Shown here: piece by piece, positions 56,027-64,000 of the stretch
Layout: each line of letters begins with the position of its first letter
How positions within the stretch are numbered: the first letter of the stretch is position 1
DNA from: Minisyncoccota bacterium
GTDB lineage: Bacteria; Patescibacteriota; Minisyncoccia; Phycocordibacterales; UBA9973
Assembly: GCA_041665925.1 (NCBI GenBank)
Contig: JBAYHW010000003.1
Span: 7,737 to 71,736 of the forward strand
DNA: 64,000 nucleotides
Direction: 5' to 3'
The notes under the pieces: model-generated
What the model saw: only the letters and a program-made list of their open reading frames with translations
What the model was told of the DNA's origin: nothing
Databases searched by the model: none
Made by a program: the position numbers and the translations under genes

Positions 56027-56695
56027 CTACTTATGATGCTTAGTGTCTCGTATTACCTTTCCATTTTCCATAGTAATCACTCTTTTATTAATGGACTCTA
56101 TCACTCCACGATTGTGCGTCGTTAGAATTACTGTAGTACCAAGATCATTTATTTTCTTTAAAATTTGGACTATTTCGTGAGTGTTCACTGGGTCTAAGTT
56201 CCCTGTCGGCTCATCGGCAATTATAAGCTCGGGTTGATTGATGATAGCTCTCGCTATAGCCAAGCGCTGTTGCTCCCCGCCAGACATCTGTCCTGGAAAG
56301 TGTGTTGACCTGTGGCTTAAATCAACAAGTTCTAAGACATGAGGAACGTCGCTTCGGATTTCTTCTTCTGTTTTACCCACAGCTTCCATAGCGAAAGCTA
56401 TATTTTCATAAGCAGTTTTATTAGAAAGTAATTTGAAATCTTGGAAAACAACTCCAATGCGCCTACGTAATTTAGTTAGATCTTTGTTTTTTAATTTACT
56501 AACATTAATAGACTCGAAGAATACCGTTCCGTCCGAAGGATTTTCTTCTGCCATAATCATCCTGGTTAGAGTCGTTTTCCCTGCACCTGAATGCCCTACT
56601 ATGGAAACAAACTCCCCCCCCTCAATAGTAAAGGTAACATCTTCGAGAGCTGTCGCATCTCTATAAATTTTTGAAACATTATTAAAATAGATCAC
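56027..56695 (-). CDS. ftsE: cell division ATP-binding protein FtsE
   Basis: GHSGAGKTT Walker A, LSGGEQQR signature, Walker B IIADEPTGNLD. Confidence 0.9.
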   Translation of the reverse strand: MIYFNNVSKIYRDATALEDVTFTIEGGEFVSIVGHSGAGKTTLTRMIMAEENPSDGTVFFESINVSKLKNKDLTKLRRRIGVVFQDFKLLSNKTAYENIAFAMEAVGKTEEEIRSDVPHVLELVDLSHRSTHFPGQMSGGEQQRLAIARAIINQPELIIADEPTGNLDPVNTHEIVQILKKINDLGTTVILTTHNRGVIESINKRVITMENGKVIRDTKHHK

Positions 56696-56707
56696 TTTCT
56701 TATACTA

Positions 56708-57595
56708 TCATAAATCCCTCTCTGCTTCAATGAAAAGGTTCAATTCACCCCCTAAAACTGCATCGACATTCGATGTTTCTACTCCTGTCCTGTGGTCTTT
56801 AACCATTTTATATGGATGTAGCACATAAGACCGTATCTGACTCCCCCATTCTATTTCTGTATTCTTAGTAACTTGCATACTTTCTTCAACACTCTTCTTT
56901 TCTTCTTCGGCTTTTTTGAAAATCTTAGCGCGAAGAATGGATAGGGCCAATTCTCGATTTTGTTCCTGGGATCTTTCAGTAGAAACATGCACCGCAATAC
57001 TTGTAGGAACATGAACAATACGAACAGAAGTCTCTCTTTTGTTCACATTCTGGCCACCAGGTCCACTTGAACGAGCAAACTCTATTTTTAAATCGTCTGG
57101 TTTTAAAACAACATCTTTTTCTTCCATTTTGGAAAACTTGGGTAGAACTTCTACTAATGAAAAGGAGGTATGGCGAAGCTTTTTCGCATTAAATGGTGAG
57201 ATTCGAACCAGGCGATGTACTCCAGATTCATTTTTTAATTTTCCATACGCATTTTTCCCAGAAACTTCTACGGTGATAAACCGGTACCCCCCATGGTCAT
57301 TCTTGTGTTCGTTAACAAGAGACATGACCCATTTTTCATTTTTCGCATATTTGGCATACATTTGAAAAAGTATGGCAGAGAAGTCCTCCGCATCGTCTCC
57401 TCCCGCTCCCGAAATTATAGATACAATTGCATTACCTCTGTCGTATTTACCCAAGCCTTCTTTTTTAGACTTTAATTCTGCAAGTTCCTTAAGAATGCTT
57501 TGGGCCTTTATTTTGTCACTCCAAAAATCTGGGCTTTGTACCACGGTTTCTAGTTTGGCTATTTCGATTTCTACTTCATTGGTGTCATTTTTCAT
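56708..57595 (-). CDS. prfB: peptide chain release factor 2, encoded in a single frame
   Basis: SPF tripeptide motif (RISPFNAKK) and GGQ loop SGPGGQNVNK. The start was set at MKNDTN, which has an AGGGAAAG RBS. No programmed +1 site was found. Confidence 0.85.
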   Translation of the reverse strand: MKNDTNEVEIEIAKLETVVQSPDFWSDKIKAQSILKELAELKSKKEGLGKYDRGNAIVSIISGAGGDDAEDFSAILFQMYAKYAKNEKWVMSLVNEHKNDHGGYRFITVEVSGKNAYGKLKNESGVHRLVRISPFNAKKLRHTSFSLVEVLPKFSKMEEKDVVLKPDDLKIEFARSSGPGGQNVNKRETSVRIVHVPTSIAVHVSTERSQEQNRELALSILRAKIFKKAEEEKKSVEESMQVTKNTEIEWGSQIRSYVLHPYKMVKDHRTGVETSNVDAVLGGELNLFIEAERDL

Positions 57596-57664
57596 AAAAA
57601 ATACTTTCCCTGTGCACACAACTTACTTTATCAAAAATCACAGTTATTTGCTATACTTATAGAT

Positions 57665-58378
57665 ATGGAACTACACCGACAGATAAATAAAAATTATATA
57701 CACCACCAGAAATCTTCTATTGCTAATGTTTTGAAAGAAGTAGTTTTTGGAATAGAAGACGGGATGGTTTCGACTCTTGGCTCAATCACGGGTATCGCCA
57801 TTGGAAGCAACAATCACTCAATTGTTATTTTGGCAGGCATAGTAATTATCTCTGTAGAATCTATCTCTATGGGAATAGGATCTTATCTTTCGAATATTTC
57901 TCATGAGGAAATGAATAAAAGAAAAATTGAAGAGGAAAAAGAAGAATTGCGAGATTTCCCTGAAGAAGAAAAGGAGGAGTTATATCAAATGTATTTAGTA
58001 AACGGTTGGCCTAAGGACCTAGCTAGGGAAATGTCAGAAGCAGCTTCGAAAAATGAAACTCTAATCCTACAGGAAATGACCATGCATGAACTAAATATTC
58101 CTGGTGATCAGGAATCTATCTCAATAAAAGGAGGTGTTTTTATGTTTTTCTCATATATCCTTGGTGGGGTTATCCCACTGTTGCCATATTTCATTCTAAG
58201 CACTAAAGACGCCATAGCAACATCTATTGTAATTACCTTAATTGGGCTATTTGCCCTTGGGATGGGCACGGCAAAATTCACGAAGCAACCCCTATTAAAA
58301 GCGAGTTTCCGAGTACTTATTCTGGGTGGAATAGCGCTGGCTGTTGGACTTGTCGCAGGTATACTACTAGGACAATAA
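57665..58378 (+). CDS. VIT1/CCC1 family iron/manganese transporter
   Basis: VFGIEDGMVSTLGSITGIAIGS motif and 5 TM. Confidence 0.7.
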   Translation: MELHRQINKNYIHHQKSSIANVLKEVVFGIEDGMVSTLGSITGIAIGSNNHSIVILAGIVIISVESISMGIGSYLSNISHEEMNKRKIEEEKEELRDFPEEEKEELYQMYLVNGWPKDLAREMSEAASKNETLILQEMTMHELNIPGDQESISIKGGVFMFFSYILGGVIPLLPYFILSTKDAIATSIVITLIGLFALGMGTAKFTKQPLLKASFRVLILGGIALAVGLVAGILLGQ

Positions 58379-58446
58379 ATTTGAGCCGCTGGGATGACTT
58401 GCACATCCGACCCACGAATTACGAATTCGTTGCTCTACTACCTGAG

Positions 58447-58908
58447 CTACAGCGGCATATTTTTTGCTAACAAACGTCCTTCTTTAACTCTTTTACTTAG
58501 AGATCTATTTTGTCGACCATTCCCCCTATTAGATCCAGAATATGTTGGGGTCAGTGAATCACAGTTAGGGCAAATTAATCTTAAATTATTTTCCACATTG
58601 TTTCTCCAATTACCATCAACATGATCGGCAACAAGTGGAACCAATCCAGTTTTTTTATTAACTTCTGACCATCCACATAAGCAACATTTATTACCGTACT
58701 TTTCACGTAAATAAATTTTTACAGAAGTAGAAACAATACCTAAGCTTTGTAGTCCGTTTACTTTGCCTTCCTTCCATTTTTTTAAATAACGATCACGCTG
58801 GTAAGCAATTTGACATTTATTACTACAATATTTATACCTAGCTCGCGCTGTTTCTTTTTTACACTTTAAACACTTTTCTCGAATCATCTTAGGTAATGAC
58901 ATAATCAT
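58447..58908 (-). CDS. HNH endonuclease (free-standing, candidate homing endonuclease)
   Basis: CCLCGW...ADHVDGNWRNNVENNLRLICPNCD HNH motif plus N-terminal CxxC pairs. Confidence 0.8.
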   Translation of the reverse strand: MIMSLPKMIREKCLKCKKETARARYKYCSNKCQIAYQRDRYLKKWKEGKVNGLQSLGIVSTSVKIYLREKYGNKCCLCGWSEVNKKTGLVPLVADHVDGNWRNNVENNLRLICPNCDSLTPTYSGSNRGNGRQNRSLSKRVKEGRLLAKNMPL

Positions 58909-58974
58909 ATTGTATTAACTAATACTACCACTGTCAAATTTAAAAGTGGTTGCAAATTCCAATATTCGTTCTCT

Positions 58975-59239
58975 TTGATTGCTGAGCCGTTGATCGGGAT
59001 TGAACCGATGACCTCGTCATTCGTTTACACCCCTATTTCACCACATCGGCTTATAAGAGGACTAGACTGTATCTTACGCATACCTTTCGGTGTAGCGTCC
59101 CTTGTCAGTCGTTCGGGCGAAATTTCTTTCGCCACGGTCTTGTCCTTTACAGGATATTAACCGTAATTCGGGATTCACAAACAAGTTTCCCTGCAAGTGG
59201 GCTATTAACGATAACCAATGACGTGCTCTACCAACTGAG
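58975..59239 (-). tRNA. tRNA-Thr (anticodon GGU) interrupted by a group I intron of about 192 nt at anticodon loop position 36/37. The intron spans about 59012-59203.
   Basis: 5-prime exon gccgttgtagctcagttggtagagcacgtcattggt. 3-prime exon aatgacgaggtcatcggttcaatcccgatcaacggct. The acceptor is perfectly paired and the anticodon stem cgtca/tgacg is restored on splicing. The intron has an R-like element cgaacgactgacaag and an S-like element gtaagatacagtctagtcc. The 5-prime exon ends in U and the intron ends in G. Confidence 0.6.
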
Positions 59240-59614
59240 CTACAACGGCAAAACGACTTTTCGACCTACCAAAACAGCTACAACGGCAACACTCAATCAT
59301 ACTAGTGCATTTTTACTTATTTTGCAAAAACCTTTACCTGATATATAAATAATTTACTTATTAAGTTCTTTCTCTGCTTGGTTGGCTAAGTCAATGATGA
59401 CACCTATTTCTTCCATCGTCAGTTTTTAGGCTTTGTATCTAAAATAACCAACCTATTAACTGCTTCAATTCTTTTTTCTTCATCTACCCCCGTTGGCGCA
59501 TTTTGCATCAATTAATAATACAATTTTTAATTGCGTCTGTAAATAAAAACACACAGAGGTTATCCCCATTTAACTTGAAAAGAGTTTTTAATTCAAGCGA
59601 GGAACTGCGGTTCA

Positions 59615-59965
59615 TTATTTAAAAATATTATAATGAGAAGTAACAAAAATAAAAGCAATCGCTAAGACAAAAAATACCAGCACCCCAAAAGCAATTGCCT
59701 TGTTTGATCCAATTTTAGGCGCAAAATAAATAATAGTAATCATATACGGTATCCATGATACAATAGTTCCCCACAAAACAAACTTAGCATGTTGACTTAC
59801 GGCAAATCCTCCTCCTAGGTGTCCTATAAAAATATAGGAAATGAGAGTAAAAACTGGAATAAGAGCCATAAAACCAGACAACGGACGAAAACCTCTCTCT
59901 TCAAGAAAGACTATCAAGGTAGTAAATAGCCCGCCACTTATGAAATAAATAATTAAATTTTTCAT
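59615..59965 (-). CDS. small 4-TM membrane protein
   Basis: Hydrophobic ORF. Confidence 0.5.
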   Translation of the reverse strand: MKNLIIYFISGGLFTTLIVFLEERGFRPLSGFMALIPVFTLISYIFIGHLGGGFAVSQHAKFVLWGTIVSWIPYMITIIYFAPKIGSNKAIAFGVLVFFVLAIAFIFVTSHYNIFK

Positions 59966-59976
59966 TTATAAATATT

Positions 59977-60072
59977 ACCACAGTTCCCCGTCCACTACAC
60001 CCGTGAACTTTATATGCTTATTTTATTGAGTTAAAACCTTTGCGCGAACTAGTGAACGGTGTTAGAACTGCT
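59977..60072. repeat. repeat element of about 95 bp bounded by inverted repeats, copy 1, with an extended -10 (TGGTAATAT) facing the downstream minus-strand gene
   Basis: About 85-90% identical to copies at 60509-60603 and 61329-61426. Termini cagttccccgtccactac and ctagtgaacggtgttagaactg are inverted repeats. Confidence 0.65.
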
Positions 60073-60495
60073 ATTTTGCTGAATCATTTGAGTATTTTTT
60101 CTAAGAGAAAGGTATGAGATTTCTATAATTACAAAAGCTAACAAAACAATGGCGGTCATGGTCATAATCCCACCCGTCCATGCTAGTTCAGTTTTAGTTG
60201 AAGAAGATAATAAATAGACTATGTATAAAAATAAGATTACGGGTGGTAACGGCAAAGCAAAAGCGGCCCAGTGTTTGTCTTTTCTAAAAGCCAGAGCAAT
60301 TATTATTGAGAGTACACCAACGATAAGCCAAAACACTGCTTCAGTAAAACCCTGTGATAATGAAATCCCGTAGTAATACTGATTACCAGTATCTTGAGTT
60401 GCGAGCCTTATTAAGTGCAATAAATTATTTACACCGCCATAAAAACCAATGAGCAAACCTAGGAGCACATTAATAATTATAAAAAATGTTTTCAT
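60049..60495 (-). CDS. 4-TM membrane protein
   Basis: Hydrophobic ORF. Its last 8 codons overlap the repeat arm. Confidence 0.5.
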   Translation of the reverse strand: MKTFFIIINVLLGLLIGFYGGVNNLLHLIRLATQDTGNQYYYGISLSQGFTEAVFWLIVGVLSIIIALAFRKDKHWAAFALPLPPVILFLYIVYLLSSSTKTELAWTGGIMTMTAIVLLAFVIIEISYLSLRKNTQMIQQNSSSNTVH

Positions 60496-60508
60496 ATACC
60501 CAAATCAT

Positions 60509-60603
60509 ACCATAGTTCAAGTCCAATACACCCGTGAACTTTCTGTCCTTATTTTATTGAGTCAAAACCTTGGCGCGACTTAGTGGATGGTGTTAGAACT
60601 ACT
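60509..60603. repeat. repeat element of about 95 bp, copy 2 (extended -10 TGGTATGAT)
   Basis: See copy 1. Confidence 0.65.
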
Positions 60604-60633
60604 TTTCATCTTGTTTAAATTTTATTTCATTTC

Positions 60634-61284
60634 CTAATAAAGCGACCAGGTTAGGAGAGCGGCAATATCATATGCTGCCAAATGAATCATGAAGTTATAT
60701 ACATAGCCATTTCTTACCTTCAATAACATATAAGGAAATATAAACGAAGCTAATATCGCAAAGAAAGTGAAACCAAGGCCAATAATTGTATCCGCTTTGA
60801 ATATTAGAAAAATGTGAATAGCTCCGAAAAATACAACAAAAAGTGTGATTATCTTCTTTAAGCTCATGCCAGATTGATACAATTTAGTCACCAAAATAGT
60901 GATTAGTAGTTGTTGCACGAATATTTCAAGTGGTTTTGCATAAATAAAGAAATTATTCATTAGTAAAAAGGAAATCCCACGACTCTCAAATGGCCATGCG
61001 GGTTGATCCACAAAATTGAGAATAAAATAAGAAGTAATCCCATGAAAAATAAGGGGGAGAACAACAAGAATAATAAACTCATGCCTGTGTGTTCTCTGTA
61101 TAACTTCAGTAAATACTTTTTTGAAAAAGACCATAAGTGCTAGTGCCATGAGGGACAAAAATGACCCAATTAAGATGTATCTACTGTGAGTAAATATCAG
61201 GCTGGGAAATAAAGTAGTAACACTGAAAGCCAACACAAAAAAGAGTATCGGGGATGTGGTGTTGTTTTTAATTAAAGAAACCAT
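60634..61284 (-). CDS. polytopic membrane protein (6-7 TM)
   Basis: Hydrophobic ORF. No convincing CPBP motifs. Confidence 0.5.
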   Translation of the reverse strand: MVSLIKNNTTSPILFFVLAFSVTTLFPSLIFTHSRYILIGSFLSLMALALMVFFKKVFTEVIQRTHRHEFIILVVLPLIFHGITSYFILNFVDQPAWPFESRGISFLLMNNFFIYAKPLEIFVQQLLITILVTKLYQSGMSLKKIITLFVVFFGAIHIFLIFKADTIIGLGFTFFAILASFIFPYMLLKVRNGYVYNFMIHLAAYDIAALLTWSLY

Positions 61285-61328
61285 TTTTTATACAATAAAA
61301 TAAATCGGGGTTATTTATACCAAAATCA

Positions 61329-61426
61329 TACCACAGTTCCCCGTCCACTACACCCGTGAAGTTTTTGTGCTTATTTTATTGAGTTAAAACCTTTGCGCGG
61401 GCTAGTGTATGACATTAGAACTGCTT
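61329..61426. repeat. repeat element of about 95 bp, copy 3 (extended -10 TGGTATGAT)
   Basis: See copy 1. Confidence 0.65.
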
Positions 61427-61504
61427 TTGAAGAAAAAAACGATACCACAATCTATATCCCCCAACTAGTATAAAATATCGTCAGTATCGTAAATAGCTTA
61501 CAAA

Positions 61505-62443
61505 TTAAAAATACTTTGGAAAAACAGTTTTAAACTTTTCAGCTACCGCTAGAAGCCACGAAAAGTAGATTTCCCATTTTCCCTCATCTTCAAAGTTACC
61601 AGGATAAGAAAGTCTTATACGACTAGCTTTCTTCTCTGGAAGCTCCATCCATTCCAGACTTTCCGATAAATCAGATTGAATTTTATCCTTGTTTTCAAAG
61701 AAATGCTGAAAAAGCTCTTTGTTGTCGGGGATGTATATATCGCAAGTAAAAACTTCATCTCTAGTGTTCACTGTCAGTGCAATATGGCAATCACTATTAC
61801 CGATACTTATATTAGTCCAATGTTGAGGATAACTTTTTTGAAACCGAAGAGTTGTTTTAGCCTGCTTGGCATAACTTTTGAAGGAATCCCAGAATTGTAG
61901 TTGTTTTATTTTAGTATCCGTAAGTTCAGCGCTTTCGGCAGAACTTTTCACTGCCTTGGCCCAATCGTTAGGTTTTGAAATGATTTCAAATTTTGGAGCT
62001 AATGGAGAGTCAGCAATTTGCCAAAGTTCAATCTTTAATAAATAAAACCCGATTTCTTCATTTGTATTTTCGTTTAACCAATCAATAGCTTGTCTATGCT
62101 CCTCTCTCACATCCTTTACTACCCATACAATAATTCTAGCATCGTAGCCAGAGGCATAGGTGATAATTTTACCTAAATGATCGTGATTAGTAACTTCCAA
62201 TTGATTTTCAATAATGATCTTATGCCCTGTAGTTTCTTCTTCTGCTAAAATATCAACATTAAAACTTCCAACTTTTGCCTCAGTCTGTATTAGTTTAATA
62301 TCAAACCCAATTTCATCACTCAAAAGCTTGAGATTTTCCTCTTGCGCTAGCCATTGTGTAAAATCATTAGCTTCGTGTCTCCATCCCTCTCTTAATTCAA
62401 TTTTCTTTAGTTTGCCTAGATTCATATTTTTATTATACAACAT
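61505..62443 (-). CDS. PD-(D/E)XK nuclease-like (NucS/DUF91-like N-terminus) protein with a DUF4268-like C-terminus
   Basis: The N-terminal segment (WRHEANDFTQWL...KVGSFNVDILAEEETTGHKIIIENQL...HDHLGKIITYASGY) fits a restriction-endonuclease-like fold pattern. Tentative. Confidence 0.4.
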   Translation of the reverse strand: MLYNKNMNLGKLKKIELREGWRHEANDFTQWLAQEENLKLLSDEIGFDIKLIQTEAKVGSFNVDILAEEETTGHKIIIENQLEVTNHDHLGKIITYASGYDARIIVWVVKDVREEHRQAIDWLNENTNEEIGFYLLKIELWQIADSPLAPKFEIISKPNDWAKAVKSSAESAELTDTKIKQLQFWDSFKSYAKQAKTTLRFQKSYPQHWTNISIGNSDCHIALTVNTRDEVFTCDIYIPDNKELFQHFFENKDKIQSDLSESLEWMELPEKKASRIRLSYPGNFEDEGKWEIYFSWLLAVAEKFKTVFPKYF

Positions 62444-62465
62444 AAATATAAACTTTTATATAGAT

Positions 62466-63572
62466 TTAACGCTTATTTACTACTAAATTAATAACATCAC
62501 TAACAGCTATTTTTTGTTCAGAAAAATCTTTCAATACTTGATCTAGTTGGGTATTTGTTTGAAAATAATCAAAACTCAAAACAGGTACAACTTTCCACTC
62601 ATTTTTTTCAGCAACTCTTTGGAGCACCTGTTTATTAAATTCTTCAACTAGGTAATTTCTAAGATCGTTTAAATGCTTTCTATATCTTATTACTGTATAA
62701 ACATCATAATATTGAGTTATATTTAATCCTGGACTGACAACATTTTTGAACGTTGTCATTAGTTTACTTTTTAAAAGGAGATTTTCTCTATTCTTGTTTT
62801 TGTATGTTTTGTATCTAGCTTTTTCCAACGCGATGGTATGGTTATCTGGTTCTAAAGAAGTCCTTTGTTGATTAATACCAAATTGCCAAAAATTTCTCAA
62901 AACTGGAACAAGTTTATATGTTCTTTGAACTGGAGATTTCCCATGAAAGGGATATTTGAAATAGATTACTTCTTCATCCTTAAATTTAAATTTTCTTTTA
63001 TAGGTTTCATCTTCGCCGTATAATTTTTTGAATTGATGATCTGTGAAGTAAGAAATTAAACTATATTTTTGACGAAAGCCGCTACCGAAAAAAGACTTCC
63101 TTGTACTTGAAACATCTAGGGCATGAAAAGATGTAGGTAAAATATATTTCTTTTTACTAATCTCAACCTCTTGCCATTCTATTGCGCAAAAAGATTTTCC
63201 ATATATGAGTAAGTTACGCAAGGACATAGAAAACATATCTGATAAATTATCCCTGCCTTCATATAGGCCTTCGGAGAATCTAGAATGTTTATCCAAAAAA
63301 TATGACTCTAGAACTTCTTTTGTTTTGTCGTTTGGGTGACTAATGTGAAAATAGTCGTGTTCATGAGTGACATAACCAAGATGTCTGGGAGAAGGCACTT
63401 CTCGTGATGGAAAAATTGCATATTGAAAAGCATCTACCATGTTTCGCAATCCCTCTAGTCCATCATCCACAGCCTTAGTTAAAGCTGAATAACCTTTTAT
63501 GTAATGTTTAAAATTATCAGTAAACCAAAGCCCTTTTTCTTCACTTCTTTTTTTTCTGGGTTTCATTTTCAT
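62466..63572 (-). CDS. hypothetical protein
   Basis: ORF. Its start lies 1 nt after the upstream stop, suggesting translational coupling. Confidence 0.5.
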   Translation of the reverse strand: MKMKPRKKRSEEKGLWFTDNFKHYIKGYSALTKAVDDGLEGLRNMVDAFQYAIFPSREVPSPRHLGYVTHEHDYFHISHPNDKTKEVLESYFLDKHSRFSEGLYEGRDNLSDMFSMSLRNLLIYGKSFCAIEWQEVEISKKKYILPTSFHALDVSSTRKSFFGSGFRQKYSLISYFTDHQFKKLYGEDETYKRKFKFKDEEVIYFKYPFHGKSPVQRTYKLVPVLRNFWQFGINQQRTSLEPDNHTIALEKARYKTYKNKNRENLLLKSKLMTTFKNVVSPGLNITQYYDVYTVIRYRKHLNDLRNYLVEEFNKQVLQRVAEKNEWKVVPVLSFDYFQTNTQLDQVLKDFSEQKIAVSDVINLVVNKR

Positions 63573-63573
63573 A

Positions 63574-64000
63574 CTACTTTTTCAAAAGCAATGCCGAGAT
63601 TAGTTTTTTCATAATCTCTCTTTTTTCGACCCATTCAGCAAAAGTTTCTATTATCTTATCTTGATGAAACCCGATGTCGTGGCTTAATTCACGAATAAAT
63701 TTACTTGGATGATCTGCGACTTCTTGTAGTCCTCCGTAAAAGCGCACATGATCGTAAGTTTTCGGAAGGTTGTCTATTTTTTGATGCATCTGGCCGAACC
63801 AATGATGATATCTATTTGTTTCTGTTTGTATTAATTTAATTTGTAAATTTAGGCCTCCAGCTTCTTTTGGCTTAGATAAAAGAGGTATGGTATTTGAAAG
63901 GAAGTTTTCTGGATAAGTTTTTTCAATTAAATCTACATATCGTATTAGAAAAGAATTATTTTCTTTGAACTGCGCTTGTAAGTAGATAAATCCACCAAGA
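63574..64000 (-). CDS. hypothetical protein, 5-prime partial (continues beyond the window end)
   Basis: The reading frame stays open with no stop from 64000 down to 63574. The ORF-track Met at 63789 is internal. Confidence 0.5.
   Translation of the reverse strand, partial: LGGFIYLQAQFKENNSFLIRYVDLIEKTYPENFLSNTIPLLSKPKEAGGLNLQIKLIQTETNRYHHWFGQMHQKIDNLPKTYDHVRFYGGLQEVADHPSKFIRELSHDIGFHQDKIIETFAEWVEKREIMKKLISALLLKK

Noticed and set aside
57560-57664. Possible programmed +1 frameshift site in prfB (tat ttt tta tga near the start)
   Set aside because: The upstream frame has no start codon, and the frame geometry does not bring the TGA into a +1 relationship with the RF2 ORF. The gene appears to be encoded in a single frame with its own RBS.
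62466-63789. Treating 63574..63789 and 62466..63572 as one frameshifted gene
   Set aside because: The upstream stop (TAG) and downstream ATG are separated by 1 nt in different frames. The downstream ORF has its own Met-Lys start, which is consistent with translational coupling. No homopolymer slip site was seen.
1-64000. CRISPR arrays and rRNA genes
   Set aside because: No regularly spaced direct repeats with unique spacers and no rRNA-like conserved stretches were found. The only dispersed repeats are the REP-like palindrome, the ~95-bp promoter cassette and the hairpin terminator family.

Overview
This is a low-GC window of roughly 35% GC, densely packed, with standard genetic code and most genes on the minus strand. 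It looks like a reduced monoderm bacterium, probably CPR/Patescibacteria-like. Housekeeping genes include guaA, pyrG, ftsE/ftsX, prfB, rnj, secG, dgkA, a DsbB/thioredoxin pair, an OmpR-type two-component system, an ECF-type sigma factor, three NUDIX hydrolases and a MazG. Accessory content is unusually rich.

(1) 229-5640 is a defense-island-like block. It holds a small GIY-YIG nuclease and an ArsR regulator that carry the same 38-bp upstream element with a 12-bp palindrome. It also holds an RNase HI with an extra C-terminal domain, a 4-TM protein, a 681-aa fusion of a GIY-YIG-like N-terminus, a DUF2075/SF1-like P-loop NTPase and a LexA-type S24 autopeptidase, and a MazG pyrophosphatase.

(2) A Y1/HUH (IS200-like, RAYT-type) transposase is flanked by an identical 30-bp palindromic REP-like element.

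(3) A candidate cobalamin riboswitch lies upstream of two DUF4430 (transcobalamin-beta-like) proteins, one fused to an alpha/alpha-toroid domain. This looks like a B12-capture module.

(4) A csc-like surface cluster has two WxL-like paralogs and two C-terminally anchored proteins. Giant discoidin/Gly-rich and FN3 surface proteins follow it.

(5) A tRNA-Thr(GGU) on the minus strand is interrupted by a roughly 190-nt group I intron with recognizable R and S elements. A free-standing HNH endonuclease sits immediately beside it.

(6) A roughly 95-bp element bounded by inverted repeats is present three times, one copy before each of three consecutive membrane-protein genes. Each copy carries an extended -10.

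Other features are a tRNA-Gln(CUG), GC-rich islets, repeated hairpin terminators and a missed lmo0937-family mini-gene. No CRISPR array or rRNA was seen.
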